From positions 247 through 64,246 of IMG/VR virus record IMGVR_UViG_3300009095_000017: a stretch of DNA of 64,000 nt; one strand, given 5' to 3'. Positions 9,938-20,048 of the stretch are shown here, one piece after another. Numbering within the stretch: position 1 is the stretch's first letter; each line of letters begins with the position of its first letter. A program made the position numbers and the translations under genes. This DNA is from a virus. Taxonomy: Duplodnaviria > Caudoviricetes. Under the pieces are notes generated by a model, which had not been told where the DNA came from, did not search any database, and saw nothing but the letters and a program-made list of their open reading frames with translations.

Positions 9938-10507
9938 ATGGAGTTCGCACAAGTAATTGAAAACAAGGTGGTCTGTATTATTGATACGGATCGCAGAGAC
10001 CTTGGTCCCGAATGGGTGGCGGTGCGCGGATTTGATCCTATTCAAGACGGCGACGATTTTCGACATTTCCACACCAATGGAAAACGGAAAAGTTCGAAAG
10101 AACTCGTCGAGGAAGGTTTGATCGAAATCGCGCCCCATCAAATCCTTGACGGCGACGTGATTCGTGACAAGACCCCGTACGAACAAGTTGTCGCTGGGCT
10201 ACGTTCACTCCAGCCTCACGAATACCTCGACGATGAGAAAAAGACCGTTAATACCGGTAGCTTGAAGTATCTTCGCGATACCGGTAAAATAACGGATGCG
10301 CAATATAACGAGATGCTGGCCGAAGACATTCGAGAACTGCGGAACATTCGTCTACAAGAACTCGATCGAATCGTCACCAATCCACTGCGCTGGGAGTCTA
10401 TGTCTGACGAAGACAAGACTAAGCTCAGGACTTATCGTCAAGCGCTACTTGACATCACCAAACAAGAGACATTCCCCTTCCAGGTGGAATGGCCTAGCTT
10501 GCAATAA
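9938..10507 (+). CDS. Tail fibre assembly chaperone
   Basis: C-terminal RN..L..LD...W......YRQALLDITKQETFP..VEWP motif; immediately follows the fibre gene. Confidence 0.75.
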   Translation: MEFAQVIENKVVCIIDTDRRDLGPEWVAVRGFDPIQDGDDFRHFHTNGKRKSSKELVEEGLIEIAPHQILDGDVIRDKTPYEQVVAGLRSLQPHEYLDDEKKTVNTGSLKYLRDTGKITDAQYNEMLAEDIRELRNIRLQELDRIVTNPLRWESMSDEDKTKLRTYRQALLDITKQETFPFQVEWPSLQ

Positions 10508-10512
10508 GCAAC

Positions 10513-10550
10513 GACATAGTAGCGTCGGGAAGTCCCGACGCTACTATGTC
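10513..10550. terminator. Intergenic hairpin (18-bp arms)
   Basis: gacatagtagcgtcggga-ag-tcccgacgctactatgtc. Confidence 0.8.
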
Positions 10551-10571
10551 GCCAAAATGTAAAGGTGTTCC

Positions 10572-11234
10572 ATGGAAAGTGAATTTTACGACGAGTATGA
10601 CAAAGGTTTGTTCAGGATCATTCATTCAGACGGTAGTGACAAGTTTGCACGAATTGCATCAATACAACTGTTAACTGGACCAGAAATTCCCTACCACCTG
10701 ATCTGTTATCGAGTATATACGTGGCCAGAAAAACCTTCAACTGCAGACGAATACGCCGCAGCTGAAACGTATAAAGATCCATTTACCCGATGGACGATGT
10801 TCTCATTCAAGATTAAAGGAGAGCCCGCTACACTGGATCAGATCGAGCACCACTGCATCATCGATTTCCTCAATCGGATAAAGAGTAGTGACCAATCGAA
10901 ACTTGGTTGGATCGTTCCGGAAAAAGCTGTATTTCGCGCCGAAGAGGCTCTGAATGTCACTGTGCGAGATATGGAACAACTGGTAGCCGTCGACTCTTTG
11001 CGTTTCCGTTTGGAGGCACGCTCGTTTGAAGGACTGCCGGTCATTGTTTCCAGCAGCAAGTTGGTCTATCGTGGTTATGACATCGATCCTACGAATCCGA
11101 CTCGATACGTAAGTGGTCAGAACTACACCCGCGATGAATATATCGAGGTTGACAGTGAACTCATCGACCGCTGGCGCATGCCCTCGGTTGCTATCAAACA
11201 TTATCTCCAAGAAGGCCACAAGCGCTTTCAGTAG
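10572..11234 (+). CDS. Hypothetical protein
   Basis: 220-aa ORF with an upstream aaggtg RBS-like sequence. Confidence 0.6.
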   Translation: MESEFYDEYDKGLFRIIHSDGSDKFARIASIQLLTGPEIPYHLICYRVYTWPEKPSTADEYAAAETYKDPFTRWTMFSFKIKGEPATLDQIEHHCIIDFLNRIKSSDQSKLGWIVPEKAVFRAEEALNVTVRDMEQLVAVDSLRFRLEARSFEGLPVIVSSSKLVYRGYDIDPTNPTRYVSGQNYTRDEYIEVDSELIDRWRMPSVAIKHYLQEGHKRFQ

Positions 11235-11237
11235 TGG

Positions 11238-11900
11238 GTGGATATGAACGAAACTCTCATGCGCTTACAGCAGGACCTGAAAGACTTGGGCCTGTATACC
11301 GATGTCGTTGATGGAATCTGGGGTAAACATTCGCAGGCGGCATGGGCCGCTTGCATCGACAAAGTGAAAGGAACTATGAGCCGTAAACCAATCGCTTGGG
11401 GTGCCAAGGTATCGTCGGTGTTTCTCGATAAGGTCGTTCGTATTTGTGAAGACCTCGGGTTGAACGATCCTAGTGATCTGATGGCGTGCATAGCGTGGGA
11501 ATCTGGGCGGTCGTTCTCGCCCAAGATTTACAACGGCGCAGGTTCCGGCGCGGTCGGACTGATCCAATTCATGCCGGCCACGGCAAGGGGTCTAGGAACC
11601 ACTACAACGGCGCTGGCTGCGATGACAGCCGAAGACCAACTGGACTACGTCCACAAGTACTTTCAGCCCTACAAGGGCCGTCTGAAGAACCTGGGCGACC
11701 TGTACATGGCAATCCTCTGGCCGGCGGCCATCGGTAAGCCGGACAGTTACGTCCTGTGGGATGCGTCCAGTCGGCCGACCACCTACCGACAGAACATCGG
11801 ACTGGATGTCAACAAAGATGGTGCGATCACCCGCGCGGAATGCTTGGTCAAGGTCAATGGATTGCTGACCGAAGGTCTGAAACCTGGAAACGTCAAGTAA
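11238..11900 (+). CDS. Modular endolysin: peptidoglycan-binding domain plus SLT-type lytic transglycosylase
   Basis: N-terminal LQQDLKDLGLY...VDGIWG (PG-binding type); WESG catalytic Glu region; GAVGLIQFMPATA (SLT motif). Confidence 0.85.
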   Translation: MDMNETLMRLQQDLKDLGLYTDVVDGIWGKHSQAAWAACIDKVKGTMSRKPIAWGAKVSSVFLDKVVRICEDLGLNDPSDLMACIAWESGRSFSPKIYNGAGSGAVGLIQFMPATARGLGTTTTALAAMTAEDQLDYVHKYFQPYKGRLKNLGDLYMAILWPAAIGKPDSYVLWDASSRPTTYRQNIGLDVNKDGAITRAECLVKVNGLLTEGLKPGNVK

Positions 11901-11912
11901 ACAAAAAAGAAA

Positions 11913-11946
11913 GCATACAGGGGGAGCCGAAGCTCCCCCTGTATGC
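11913..11946 (-). terminator. Rho-independent terminator between convergent genes
   Basis: 15-bp stem, cUUCGg loop and U-tract on the minus strand. Confidence 0.85.
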
Positions 11947-11948
11947 CG

Positions 11949-12236
11949 TCAGTCATTGATGAAGCCTACCAGTAGATGCTTCAGGCGATAGCCGTGATCG
12001 GGGGCGTACCGGCCAATGGCCGTAATGACACAGTCTTCTTTCTGATAGACCATGACCGCTCCGAACTCCTCGGCATCGCTTAGCATCAGCCACTTGTTCT
12101 CTTGCATTTCGTTAACGAACTCCTCGGTAGGATGCTTCAGCTCAAGGTATTTCTCCTTGAGCTTGTCGCACTCACCCAGCAGTAAGGTTCGACGGGTCAT
12201 CATATCGGCTAAGAGTTTGATGCTCATCATTGCCAT
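11949..12236 (-). CDS. Hypothetical protein
   Basis: 95-aa ORF in a tightly packed minus-strand operon. Confidence 0.55.
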   Translation of the reverse strand: MAMMSIKLLADMMTRRTLLLGECDKLKEKYLELKHPTEEFVNEMQENKWLMLSDAEEFGAVMVYQKEDCVITAIGRYAPDHGYRLKHLLVGFIND

Positions 12237-12685
12237 TCCTTGATTGCTTTGAGAAGGTACTCGTTAAACTTCAGGTAGTTACGCAAACGCCCTCGATATC
12301 GAAGGATGTAGACAGGGTACGGTTTGCCCTCCTGTTCGTGAATGTTATCGAATCCCCAGTGCAGGAAGTTCAACAGCAGCTCGAAGTGATGGTAATCGAA
12401 CTCGGGCTCGTCCCAACGCTTCTTTACCGCAATGATCAAAGACTCGAAGATATTCTCGATGGTCTTAACCGCCTCAGCGGTCAGGGCACAGAGAATATAG
12501 TGAGGTTGATCCTCATCCTCGGTATGGCCAACACATGACCAAACCGTCACCAGACCAGGGATGCTATTAAACGCATCCAGGATTTCATGACTCCCTTCGT
12601 CAAGGACTTCAGGGGATTTGGTGCGGACGTTCTTCCAGCGTTTCTTGAGGGTGTTGTATTGCGCTTGGGTGATGCGAAACGTCAT
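12227..12685 (-). CDS. Hypothetical protein (FNSIPGLVTVWSCVGH motif)
   Basis: 152-aa ORF with an N.PG..T..SC.GH motif. Confidence 0.6.
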   Translation of the reverse strand: MTFRITQAQYNTLKKRWKNVRTKSPEVLDEGSHEILDAFNSIPGLVTVWSCVGHTEDEDQPHYILCALTAEAVKTIENIFESLIIAVKKRWDEPEFDYHHFELLLNFLHWGFDNIHEQEGKPYPVYILRYRGRLRNYLKFNEYLLKAIKEWQ

Positions 12686-12687
12686 GG

Positions 12688-12978
12688 TTAACGGCGTCCT
12701 TGCAGGTGGTTGGCAAGATCTTGTTCAAACTGACCCTCATACTGAGGGAAGATACTAGCGAAGCTATCAGAACGATAGTACCCTCCGGTCTGCTCGCAGA
12801 AATACCACGTATCCTTGAGGATGTCCTCGCGGGTGGCCGGTTGCGAGTTCGGGTACAATGCGCGCTGCCAGACAGCGCGTTTCCGATTTCCGTCATGGAT
12901 GTAGTTGAGCAGGAAGAACTTCACACCCTTGTCTTTCAGATCGCCGGTGGTTTCTTCAGCTGTGTATTCGACTTTCAT
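12688..12978 (-). CDS. Hypothetical protein
   Basis: 96-aa ORF, operon packing. Confidence 0.55.
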   Translation of the reverse strand: MKVEYTAEETTGDLKDKGVKFFLLNYIHDGNRKRAVWQRALYPNSQPATREDILKDTWYFCEQTGGYYRSDSFASIFPQYEGQFEQDLANHLQGRR

Positions 12979-13010
12979 TTCAACTTCCTTTTCTTGTATT
13001 TATTATTTGG

Positions 13011-13412
13011 TTATTTGGACCTCAGACCGTAGTAGTCTTCGACTTGCTTGCGCTTACTGGCCACCCATTCTTCACTGGGTGGCGTACGGTTCAGGTTACT
13101 GGCCACATCCCGGCGCTTTTCCTTCGTGGCGAACAGCAGTGCCAAGGGGTAATATCCGCATTTGCCCGGATGCCCGTGGCGAACCAGCGCCACGGAGAAG
13201 ATGTGGTTCTTTTCACCGTCGATACCCTCACGGATAAACTCGACGTTTTCCTTGGAGTATTCGAGCCCCTTATAGATGGTAGTCTTCGTAGCTGTCAATT
13301 CGTCACTCAAGGTGTACTTGATGAAAACAGGAACCGAACCGGTTTCGTGAGCATAATCGCCCCCAATGTATTCATTGAAGACGAAGTTGCCATACTGAGT
13401 AAAAGCATTCAT
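13011..13412 (-). CDS. Hypothetical protein
   Basis: 133-aa ORF downstream of the promoter-like motif at 13474-13487. Confidence 0.6.
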   Translation of the reverse strand: MNAFTQYGNFVFNEYIGGDYAHETGSVPVFIKYTLSDELTATKTTIYKGLEYSKENVEFIREGIDGEKNHIFSVALVRHGHPGKCGYYPLALLFATKEKRRDVASNLNRTPPSEEWVASKRKQVEDYYGLRSK

Positions 13413-13473
13413 GACAATAACTCCACAAGGTTATTTTGATAACATAGATTTTGATGCTGCGCATCGTTGGAAT

Positions 13474-13487
13474 GATGTATGTCTGAA
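13474..13487 (-). promoter_or_regulatory. Putative phage promoter motif (middle-type)
   Basis: Minus strand reads ttcagacatacatcatt; one of eight related copies upstream of minus-strand genes. Confidence 0.55.
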
Positions 13488-13540
13488 ATATTTTTCAGTG
13501 GACAACATAAAGGGGGAGCGATCGCTCCCCCGATATGTCG

Positions 13541-16500
13541 TTACTCGTCGTCCACCTCACCGCGTCGCTCGGCGAAGCGTTTTTCCTTCTCAGCCTTTTC
13601 CTTTTCCTTTTGCTTCTTTTCTTCCTCGGCTTCCTTCTCAGCGCGTTTCTTTTCGCGCTCGGCTTTCCGCTCTTCCTTGGCGGCTTCTTCTTCCTCTATT
13701 TCCTTGCGACGTTCTTCCCGCTGCTGGGCGCGTTCGTCCTTGGCCTTCTGCTCTTCAGCTTCAGCCTGTTCACGCTCCTTCGCGGCGGCTTCCTTTTCCT
13801 TGTCGTTGTCTTCCTGCTCTTCACCGGTGTCTTCGGGTTTCGCTTCTTCCTCATCCGTTGGGGCGGGTTCTTCCTCCTCTTCAGGAGTTTCTTCCTCTAC
13901 CTCTTCGGGTTCAGATTCGGGCTCTTCCTCTACTACCTCGGGTTCGTCCATTTCAGGCGCGGTCTCCGGCTCCGAAGTGTCGGTAGCGGTGTCAGCCGCT
14001 GGTTCGACATCACCAAGGTCAAGGTCGTCACCGCCGGCATCGACAGGTTCACTGTCATCACTTGCATCGGCGTCTGACAGATCGTCACCACTGGTATCCT
14101 CGTCATCACCTTCGCCACCGACGTCATCCTCATCGAGATTCAGGTCATCATCACCGGTGGAACCATCCTCGCCTGCGTCGTCGTCGAGACCCATGTCATC
14201 GCCTTCACCATCGCCGAGATCATCGCCCTCGCCGGCACCTTCGTCACCTCCGGCATCCATACCGTCAGCGTCTTCGTCATCGCCACTGTCGTTCATGGCG
14301 TCGTCGTACTTGGTGTTTTCCTTGTCGAGGCGTTTCTTACGGGCGATAGCTGCCTTGTGGACTTTCTTCATGTACTCTTCGATCGATTTGAGTACACCGT
14401 TGACGTGATCGTCCATCTCTTCCATGAGGTTCAAGGTCGGCGAGTCATCTTCGTCCACCGTGTTGAAGACATCCAGCTCAGGCAGGATGCCGTTCTCACG
14501 CAGGAACTGACGCTGGTACTTGGCGATCAGCGCAGCCTTCACCGAACCGATCGACTCGTGCAGGCTTTGGGCTGCGGTAGAGTCGAACATCTCCTCGATC
14601 ACAAACGCATCGAGGGCTTTGGTGATGGCATCCGTGTACGCATCGTACGCTTGCATCTGTTCGGTCAAACGGTCGGTCGAGGGCGACGGTAGGTCCACCT
14701 CTAAGGCAGCGATGAAGTCTTGAACGAACTTCTTCGGATCGGCCTTGTGTTCCTCTTCCTCTAGGTGCTTCTCGTTATTGGTGACAATCTCCAGAAGTTC
14801 CGCCATCAACGCCCCCGAGTTGAGGATGTAGGTGCGGTGGAAGTCTTCCATGAACGGCTTGAAATCGTCCTGCATCTGGATGACCCGTTTGAGCAGCATC
14901 AGGTTGTTGTTCACGACCTGTGTGGCGAAGTCAGCGCCTGCTGCGGCTTCCATGGTTTCCGGGGTCAGACCAAACATCTGGATGTGGCGCTTACGCAGCA
15001 TCTCGTCCAGATCGGTGTCCACCACCCGATGGGTTTCCCCACGGGATTCCACCGAGAAGTCCACTTCCGGGAACGCGGGGTTGCCGGTGATCTTCACGGT
15101 ACGGCCTGCGTTTTGCAGGTGGCTGATCAGATCTGCCGGATTGGTGTCACCAACCGGGAAGGACTCGCGGTTGACCCGTGCGTACATGTTGAGCATGGAC
15201 TCAACCGTACTGTATGGATCTTGGTCACCTTCCGGTACGTTGATGTTGATGATCTGCGAATCGGTGGCATTGCGTGTAGCTGCCATGATCGACGCAAACA
15301 TCAGAACCGAACGCAGCGACGCGAGGATCTTGCCGTCTTCCAGCATCGACCTACCGACCCCGAATTCGTTGTAGTCGAATGTGATATAGGTCATCAGTTC
15401 TGCGGGGACGAACAAGAACATCGTGTGCTTTTCAGCTAAGGCACGCGAGAGCATCAGGCGGGAGATCTCCTCCCGGTTACCCAGCTCGTACTCACCGCCG
15501 GCTAAGCCGACCCTGAGGCGCTTGAGCAGGTCCTGTTCCACGATCTGGCCGTACTGGCGGGTCAGTTCGTTGATCTCGTTGTCGTTCCAGACATCGCGAC
15601 CGTTCAGACCCCGGTTGGCCATTTGCATCAGGTGCGAGGCCATGTCCGGGTTACCCGTCATCGAACTGCGGATATCGGCGTAGTAATCGTCGCTTTGGGA
15701 GAGCACCACCGGGTTACCGTTGATGTCCAAGAGCACATAGTAGCCGATGTGTTGACGCACGTTACCGGGGATGTGCACCGGAATCACCGCTTCAGCCGGC
15801 AGATGCATGACCAACGGATGACCGACACTGTCCTTATTCAACTGAGACGGGGTGGTCAGCGCGGTCAGGGGCACTTGGGCGTACTGACGACGCTTGAAGA
15901 ACGTGTTGTGAACGTCCGACAAACTCACCTTCTGCCCTGAAGCCGATTCCATCGTGGCCTTGGCACGCATGCCGAACACATCGGTGATGCGTTGCTTGCG
16001 CAGCTTGTCGAGCAGGATCGGGTTCTTCAGCACGTCAGGGTTGTCAGTGACGTAGTAACCCACATTCTTCTCAATCTTGTGCTCGCCGATCTTGAACTCC
16101 AGCTTTTTCTCGGTGCGGTAACTGTCTTTGCTCTGGCGAGGATTGATGCTCAAGGGCGAGAGCAACGACTCGAACGAGAAGCTGGTGTCGCCCCTGCTCT
16201 CCATGGCTTCATTGGAGGCCAGCAGACCCAGTGGACGGTACCACCCATCAGCCATAACCTCACCGTTCAGCGATTCCAGCGACACCCGACCGTTGGAGTT
16301 GATCGTGTGGTCGATGGTCGATTCCGGCAGGATGAGCATCGGGTAGGAGCCCTTCATAAAGAGCGCATCGCTCAGAATTTCGGGCAATAGCTTGTTAATC
16401 CTATAGACTGTCTCAAAGTAGTTCTTGACTACCCTCAACATGGGGCCAGTCAAGTTCGAATCGAGACCGACATCCGCCACCGAATACAGCAGGGTTGACC

Positions 16501-16789
16501 CGGTCAACTCAGTGGGTGACAGGATGGCACTGACCAGAATTTGGCGGGCCAAATCCATGTCGGGCAGTACCTGGAACAGGTTCTTGGCATCGGTCACACC
16601 ACGCGCCGTTTTCGCGGCGATGCGGTTAAACAGACCGAGGTCAGGAATATTCAACTCTTTATTTTTTCCGACCAATCCACCTTTGACCGGATTGTCAGGC
16701 ACCAGCTTATTGATGACCTGTCGATCCTCGGGTGTCAGATTCCTGACGGTAGGGATTCGCGGGAACTGTTTTTCATCACCACTACTCAT
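13541..16789 (-). CDS. Putative portal protein (phiKZ gp129-like) with long acidic/charged C-terminal extension
   Basis: Synteny with the capsid and RNAP genes; about 1080 aa; S/A-x-E protease motifs (SLES, SFES, TMES). Start MSSGDEK chosen for the ggagag RBS. Confidence 0.65.
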   Translation of the reverse strand: MSSGDEKQFPRIPTVRNLTPEDRQVINKLVPDNPVKGGLVGKNKELNIPDLGLFNRIAAKTARGVTDAKNLFQVLPDMDLARQILVSAILSPTELTGSTLLYSVADVGLDSNLTGPMLRVVKNYFETVYRINKLLPEILSDALFMKGSYPMLILPESTIDHTINSNGRVSLESLNGEVMADGWYRPLGLLASNEAMESRGDTSFSFESLLSPLSINPRQSKDSYRTEKKLEFKIGEHKIEKNVGYYVTDNPDVLKNPILLDKLRKQRITDVFGMRAKATMESASGQKVSLSDVHNTFFKRRQYAQVPLTALTTPSQLNKDSVGHPLVMHLPAEAVIPVHIPGNVRQHIGYYVLLDINGNPVVLSQSDDYYADIRSSMTGNPDMASHLMQMANRGLNGRDVWNDNEINELTRQYGQIVEQDLLKRLRVGLAGGEYELGNREEISRLMLSRALAEKHTMFLFVPAELMTYITFDYNEFGVGRSMLEDGKILASLRSVLMFASIMAATRNATDSQIININVPEGDQDPYSTVESMLNMYARVNRESFPVGDTNPADLISHLQNAGRTVKITGNPAFPEVDFSVESRGETHRVVDTDLDEMLRKRHIQMFGLTPETMEAAAGADFATQVVNNNLMLLKRVIQMQDDFKPFMEDFHRTYILNSGALMAELLEIVTNNEKHLEEEEHKADPKKFVQDFIAALEVDLPSPSTDRLTEQMQAYDAYTDAITKALDAFVIEEMFDSTAAQSLHESIGSVKAALIAKYQRQFLRENGILPELDVFNTVDEDDSPTLNLMEEMDDHVNGVLKSIEEYMKKVHKAAIARKKRLDKENTKYDDAMNDSGDDEDADGMDAGGDEGAGEGDDLGDGEGDDMGLDDDAGEDGSTGDDDLNLDEDDVGGEGDDEDTSGDDLSDADASDDSEPVDAGGDDLDLGDVEPAADTATDTSEPETAPEMDEPEVVEEEPESEPEEVEEETPEEEEEPAPTDEEEAKPEDTGEEQEDNDKEKEAAAKEREQAEAEEQKAKDERAQQREERRKEIEEEEAAKEERKAEREKKRAEKEAEEEKKQKEKEKAEKEKRFAERRGEVDDE

Positions 16790-16816
16790 TTCACTCTCCG
16801 AAATAGCGGGGGCTAT

Positions 16817-19048
16817 ATGACCAATGTCTATTACGACCAATACATTAAAGGGATCTTCTCCCTAAGCAGTACGATGGTCATCAAAAGCGAGGCCACCGCC
16901 GAAGCCAATAACAGTTATCTGGAGCTACTCGGTTACACTGTCTCGGAAACCGATCCTCGAACTTGGCGCTATTACCTCAATTTGGCGGGCGAGTACCACC
17001 GGTACGATTTCCCGATGACCGTGGTCTCCATGGACACCATGGAGGAGATCCCCTTTACCAAGGAGACACTCCGACTGCACCGTGGAACAAAACGGGCATA
17101 TTCGTACGGGACTCGTTACTACAAAGAATTGGTTGCAAAATACCCAAAACAGGTTCGTTTGATCGACGGGATATTAAACCCCGTGGATATGGAAAAGGCA
17201 ATTGCTGCCAGTGACCATACTATCCTCTATTACGATGAAAATTTAGTAGAGGACCATGAGGTTACGCTGATCGACGATTTGCAACGGTGGATTTACGCAG
17301 CCTATGATCGGTGGAACGTACCGGACTACCACTTCGGCGAGGAATACTTCTCCGCTGCTCAGATTGCGGTGATCAGTTCCCATCTGCCGAAGACCATCCT
17401 CAACCTGCGGCTGAAGAACTGCAAGACCGAGTACGCCCACACCTTCCACATGCGGCAGTACCTGTCGAGCTTCGGTAACCTTGGTGACTACTTCGATTAC
17501 ATGACCCACGCGCAGCGTTTGTTCTTTTACCGGAACATTCTCTGGCTGAACCTCAATTGCGGTAAGACATCTACCTTTAAGTTGCTGACACAGAAAGTCC
17601 TCACCGACCGCCTGTTCCCGCTGGGTAGTTACGAGCTGCAAAAGAACATCGAGGAGTTGAGCGAGCGGTTGCGGGGCGTTGTGCAGTTCCAGCGCAAGGA
17701 ACTCAATGGTCTGCCCATGGACATCGGCAAGGATATCCTCACTACCGAGGAGATCTTCGCCCTGACCCGTGGGCGGGCCAAGGGGAACGCCAGTAACGAA
17801 CGTGGTGACCTGATCGACATGGAACGTCGGGCGAACCGTTCGCTGCTGGATACCATGAAGACCAAGGTGTTGGAAAGCAGCTTTGTTGACACGTCAAACT
17901 CCGATGGGGTGGATCTGGCGGATGTGGTGCTCAATCACTGGGCATACTTCAGTCACATCGGTTACTACAACACCATGCTCACCACGATCAACCCCACCAG
18001 CAATGAGACGTTGGTGATGTCTGCCAAGGATGCATGGTACCTCTACCTCTACCTTTACAACAAAGCCCGTGGGGTGGAACTGGAAACCCTGCCCGTCTTT
18101 GAATGCAAGAACGTGGTCCGTATCCCGCAGCCGAGTGCTGAAGAGTTGCGCTCGGTAGCCAGTTATCAGTACGTGGACGATGAATTCATCCGCGAAGCAC
18201 TGGACATGGCAGGGGATGTGGAAAACTACATCTCGGTGGAGTCGTTCCGGGAAGCCTGCGTAGCCATCAAGCGACAGATGGAAAACCATCGTCAACTGGC
18301 TGTCTTGCAGATGCACCTGAACACCCGCGCCGAAGTGTTGCAGATGGTGGATCGCTTCTACATGCACTTTGGGATCACGGTCAACGAGACAGTGCCTTAC
18401 AGCACTTGGCTGGAAGAGAAAGGTTTCAAGTTTGCCGACGCTACACCGATGGAACTGGATGCGTTCGCCGCCACGGTGTTGAGCCTGGCCACGGGGTCCA
18501 CACTGTCGGATGACAAATCGGTACGTGAGATTCACACCGCCATGGTGAAGATCATGGAGCAGCTGAGCAGCTATAACGTTCAGTATGTCTCACGGGTAGT
18601 CGACAGTCAGATCTCGGTGATCGAACGCGGTCATCTGCGCTACGGCGATTCCTCAGAAACCAGCCGTGACTTGGTCTACGTCGAGCATAGCTTGGTTAGA
18701 CCGTGGATCGACCTCAGTGGGGTGAGGGACGTCGGCGAATACGCCTTGGTCCGTCACGAAAGTACGTGGTGGCATAGCGAGGTGTACCGGCGTGATCGTT
18801 ACCAGATCGGACTGGAGCACACGTTCAAAGCCAAGTCGTATCAGCTGATGAAAGGCTGGCGACATCAGCTGACCCATGTGGAGCAGGTAGAGCCCGTAGT
18901 TGACCTGTCGACTCTGCAACTGGGCGAGGTTGGGTACCATGTACCGGCTGATACGCCACTGGTTGCACAATTCCATTCCACTCAAACGGCCGCACCGGCC
19001 TTAACCGAAGATGATTATCGGGTCTTCCGGTACCGTCTCACGCAATAA
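16817..19048 (+). CDS. Virion structural protein, likely baseplate (phiKZ gp128-like)
   Basis: Start MTNVYYDQYI; TWRYYLNLAGEYH motif; divergent from the portal gene. Confidence 0.65.
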   Translation: MTNVYYDQYIKGIFSLSSTMVIKSEATAEANNSYLELLGYTVSETDPRTWRYYLNLAGEYHRYDFPMTVVSMDTMEEIPFTKETLRLHRGTKRAYSYGTRYYKELVAKYPKQVRLIDGILNPVDMEKAIAASDHTILYYDENLVEDHEVTLIDDLQRWIYAAYDRWNVPDYHFGEEYFSAAQIAVISSHLPKTILNLRLKNCKTEYAHTFHMRQYLSSFGNLGDYFDYMTHAQRLFFYRNILWLNLNCGKTSTFKLLTQKVLTDRLFPLGSYELQKNIEELSERLRGVVQFQRKELNGLPMDIGKDILTTEEIFALTRGRAKGNASNERGDLIDMERRANRSLLDTMKTKVLESSFVDTSNSDGVDLADVVLNHWAYFSHIGYYNTMLTTINPTSNETLVMSAKDAWYLYLYLYNKARGVELETLPVFECKNVVRIPQPSAEELRSVASYQYVDDEFIREALDMAGDVENYISVESFREACVAIKRQMENHRQLAVLQMHLNTRAEVLQMVDRFYMHFGITVNETVPYSTWLEEKGFKFADATPMELDAFAATVLSLATGSTLSDDKSVREIHTAMVKIMEQLSSYNVQYVSRVVDSQISVIERGHLRYGDSSETSRDLVYVEHSLVRPWIDLSGVRDVGEYALVRHESTWWHSEVYRRDRYQIGLEHTFKAKSYQLMKGWRHQLTHVEQVEPVVDLSTLQLGEVGYHVPADTPLVAQFHSTQTAAPALTEDDYRVFRYRLTQ

Positions 19049-19057
19049 GGGTTAGCC

Positions 19058-20038
19058 ATGGCTGATGTTCTCTCTTTGTTGGCCCTCGATGACGAACGTG
19101 CATTACGGACCCTGATCCAAGAGCAGTTGAAAGACCCGATCTCAGCCCGCTGGCTTGACCTCGGTGCGCCGCAAGGCGGCAGTGACGGGGATACTACGGT
19201 GCCCCTTACGCTGCATAAAGGTCGCACGCCGGTGGGTCAATGGCATCACAGCGGGACAGTTCCATTCCTTTATAAGCGCTACAACCTGCACGACTTCATC
19301 AGCAGCTTGCAATTGGATCTGGAACTGGATTTTCCGATGACCTTGCACCAGATCCTCCGGTTGCTGTTTACCAAGCTGGGGATCGGGTGGCGAGAAGTCG
19401 AGTTCCCCGATCGGATGGTGGAACGCAGTGAAGCCGGGCAGGTGAACTTGACCGCCTCGTCGGACAGCTACCGATGGGTTGGCAGTGCCGAACTCAACCT
19501 GCGTCAGCTGGTGAAGAGCCTGAGTGAACGGATTCGGGAAACCAAACTCCCCGGTTTGAAATTCCCGTTGCGTGGCATCGGTCGTACCGATGCCAAACGG
19601 ACCATTGTCCAATCGGTGGAGTCGTTGAACCAATTCACGTTGTTGAAGGGCTTGCCGGTAAATGAGGTGGACTTGATCAATCCACGTTCGCAAACGAACA
19701 CCGAGTTCAATACCGTGGTCGATGTATACCCGGCTGCGGGATCGCCATGGAAGGATTCTGTTACCCTTCATTATAATCGACTTGATCTGGGTGAAGTCTT
19801 TGATTACCGCTCACCGTTAATCATAGACGATACGGTTCAAACTTCTCGTGATTTAATGCAGCTTGTAATTGATCAATATGGGTTAAATCTCGAACTTGGC
19901 GATATTCTTAACGAACCGCTACCGAGCATTGGGATGCGCGAAGAGCATGTGGTCACCGTGAAGGCCGACCCGTCATCGTTATATCTCAATGGTTTTGTCA
20001 CGGTCCGTTATCGTCGCTTCCCTGAAGGTTATATTTGA
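19058..20038 (+). CDS. Virion structural (tail/baseplate) protein
   Basis: Two Y.R..L...DS..W.G-type modules, also seen in 20049-21510 and 48101-50351. Confidence 0.6.
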   Translation: MADVLSLLALDDERALRTLIQEQLKDPISARWLDLGAPQGGSDGDTTVPLTLHKGRTPVGQWHHSGTVPFLYKRYNLHDFISSLQLDLELDFPMTLHQILRLLFTKLGIGWREVEFPDRMVERSEAGQVNLTASSDSYRWVGSAELNLRQLVKSLSERIRETKLPGLKFPLRGIGRTDAKRTIVQSVESLNQFTLLKGLPVNEVDLINPRSQTNTEFNTVVDVYPAAGSPWKDSVTLHYNRLDLGEVFDYRSPLIIDDTVQTSRDLMQLVIDQYGLNLELGDILNEPLPSIGMREEHVVTVKADPSSLYLNGFVTVRYRRFPEGYI

Positions 20039-20048
20039 GGAGTAACAC

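Noticed and set aside
13479-14408. Ser-rich and Phe/Leu-rich + strand ORFs
   Set aside because: Reverse complement of the acidic portal tail.
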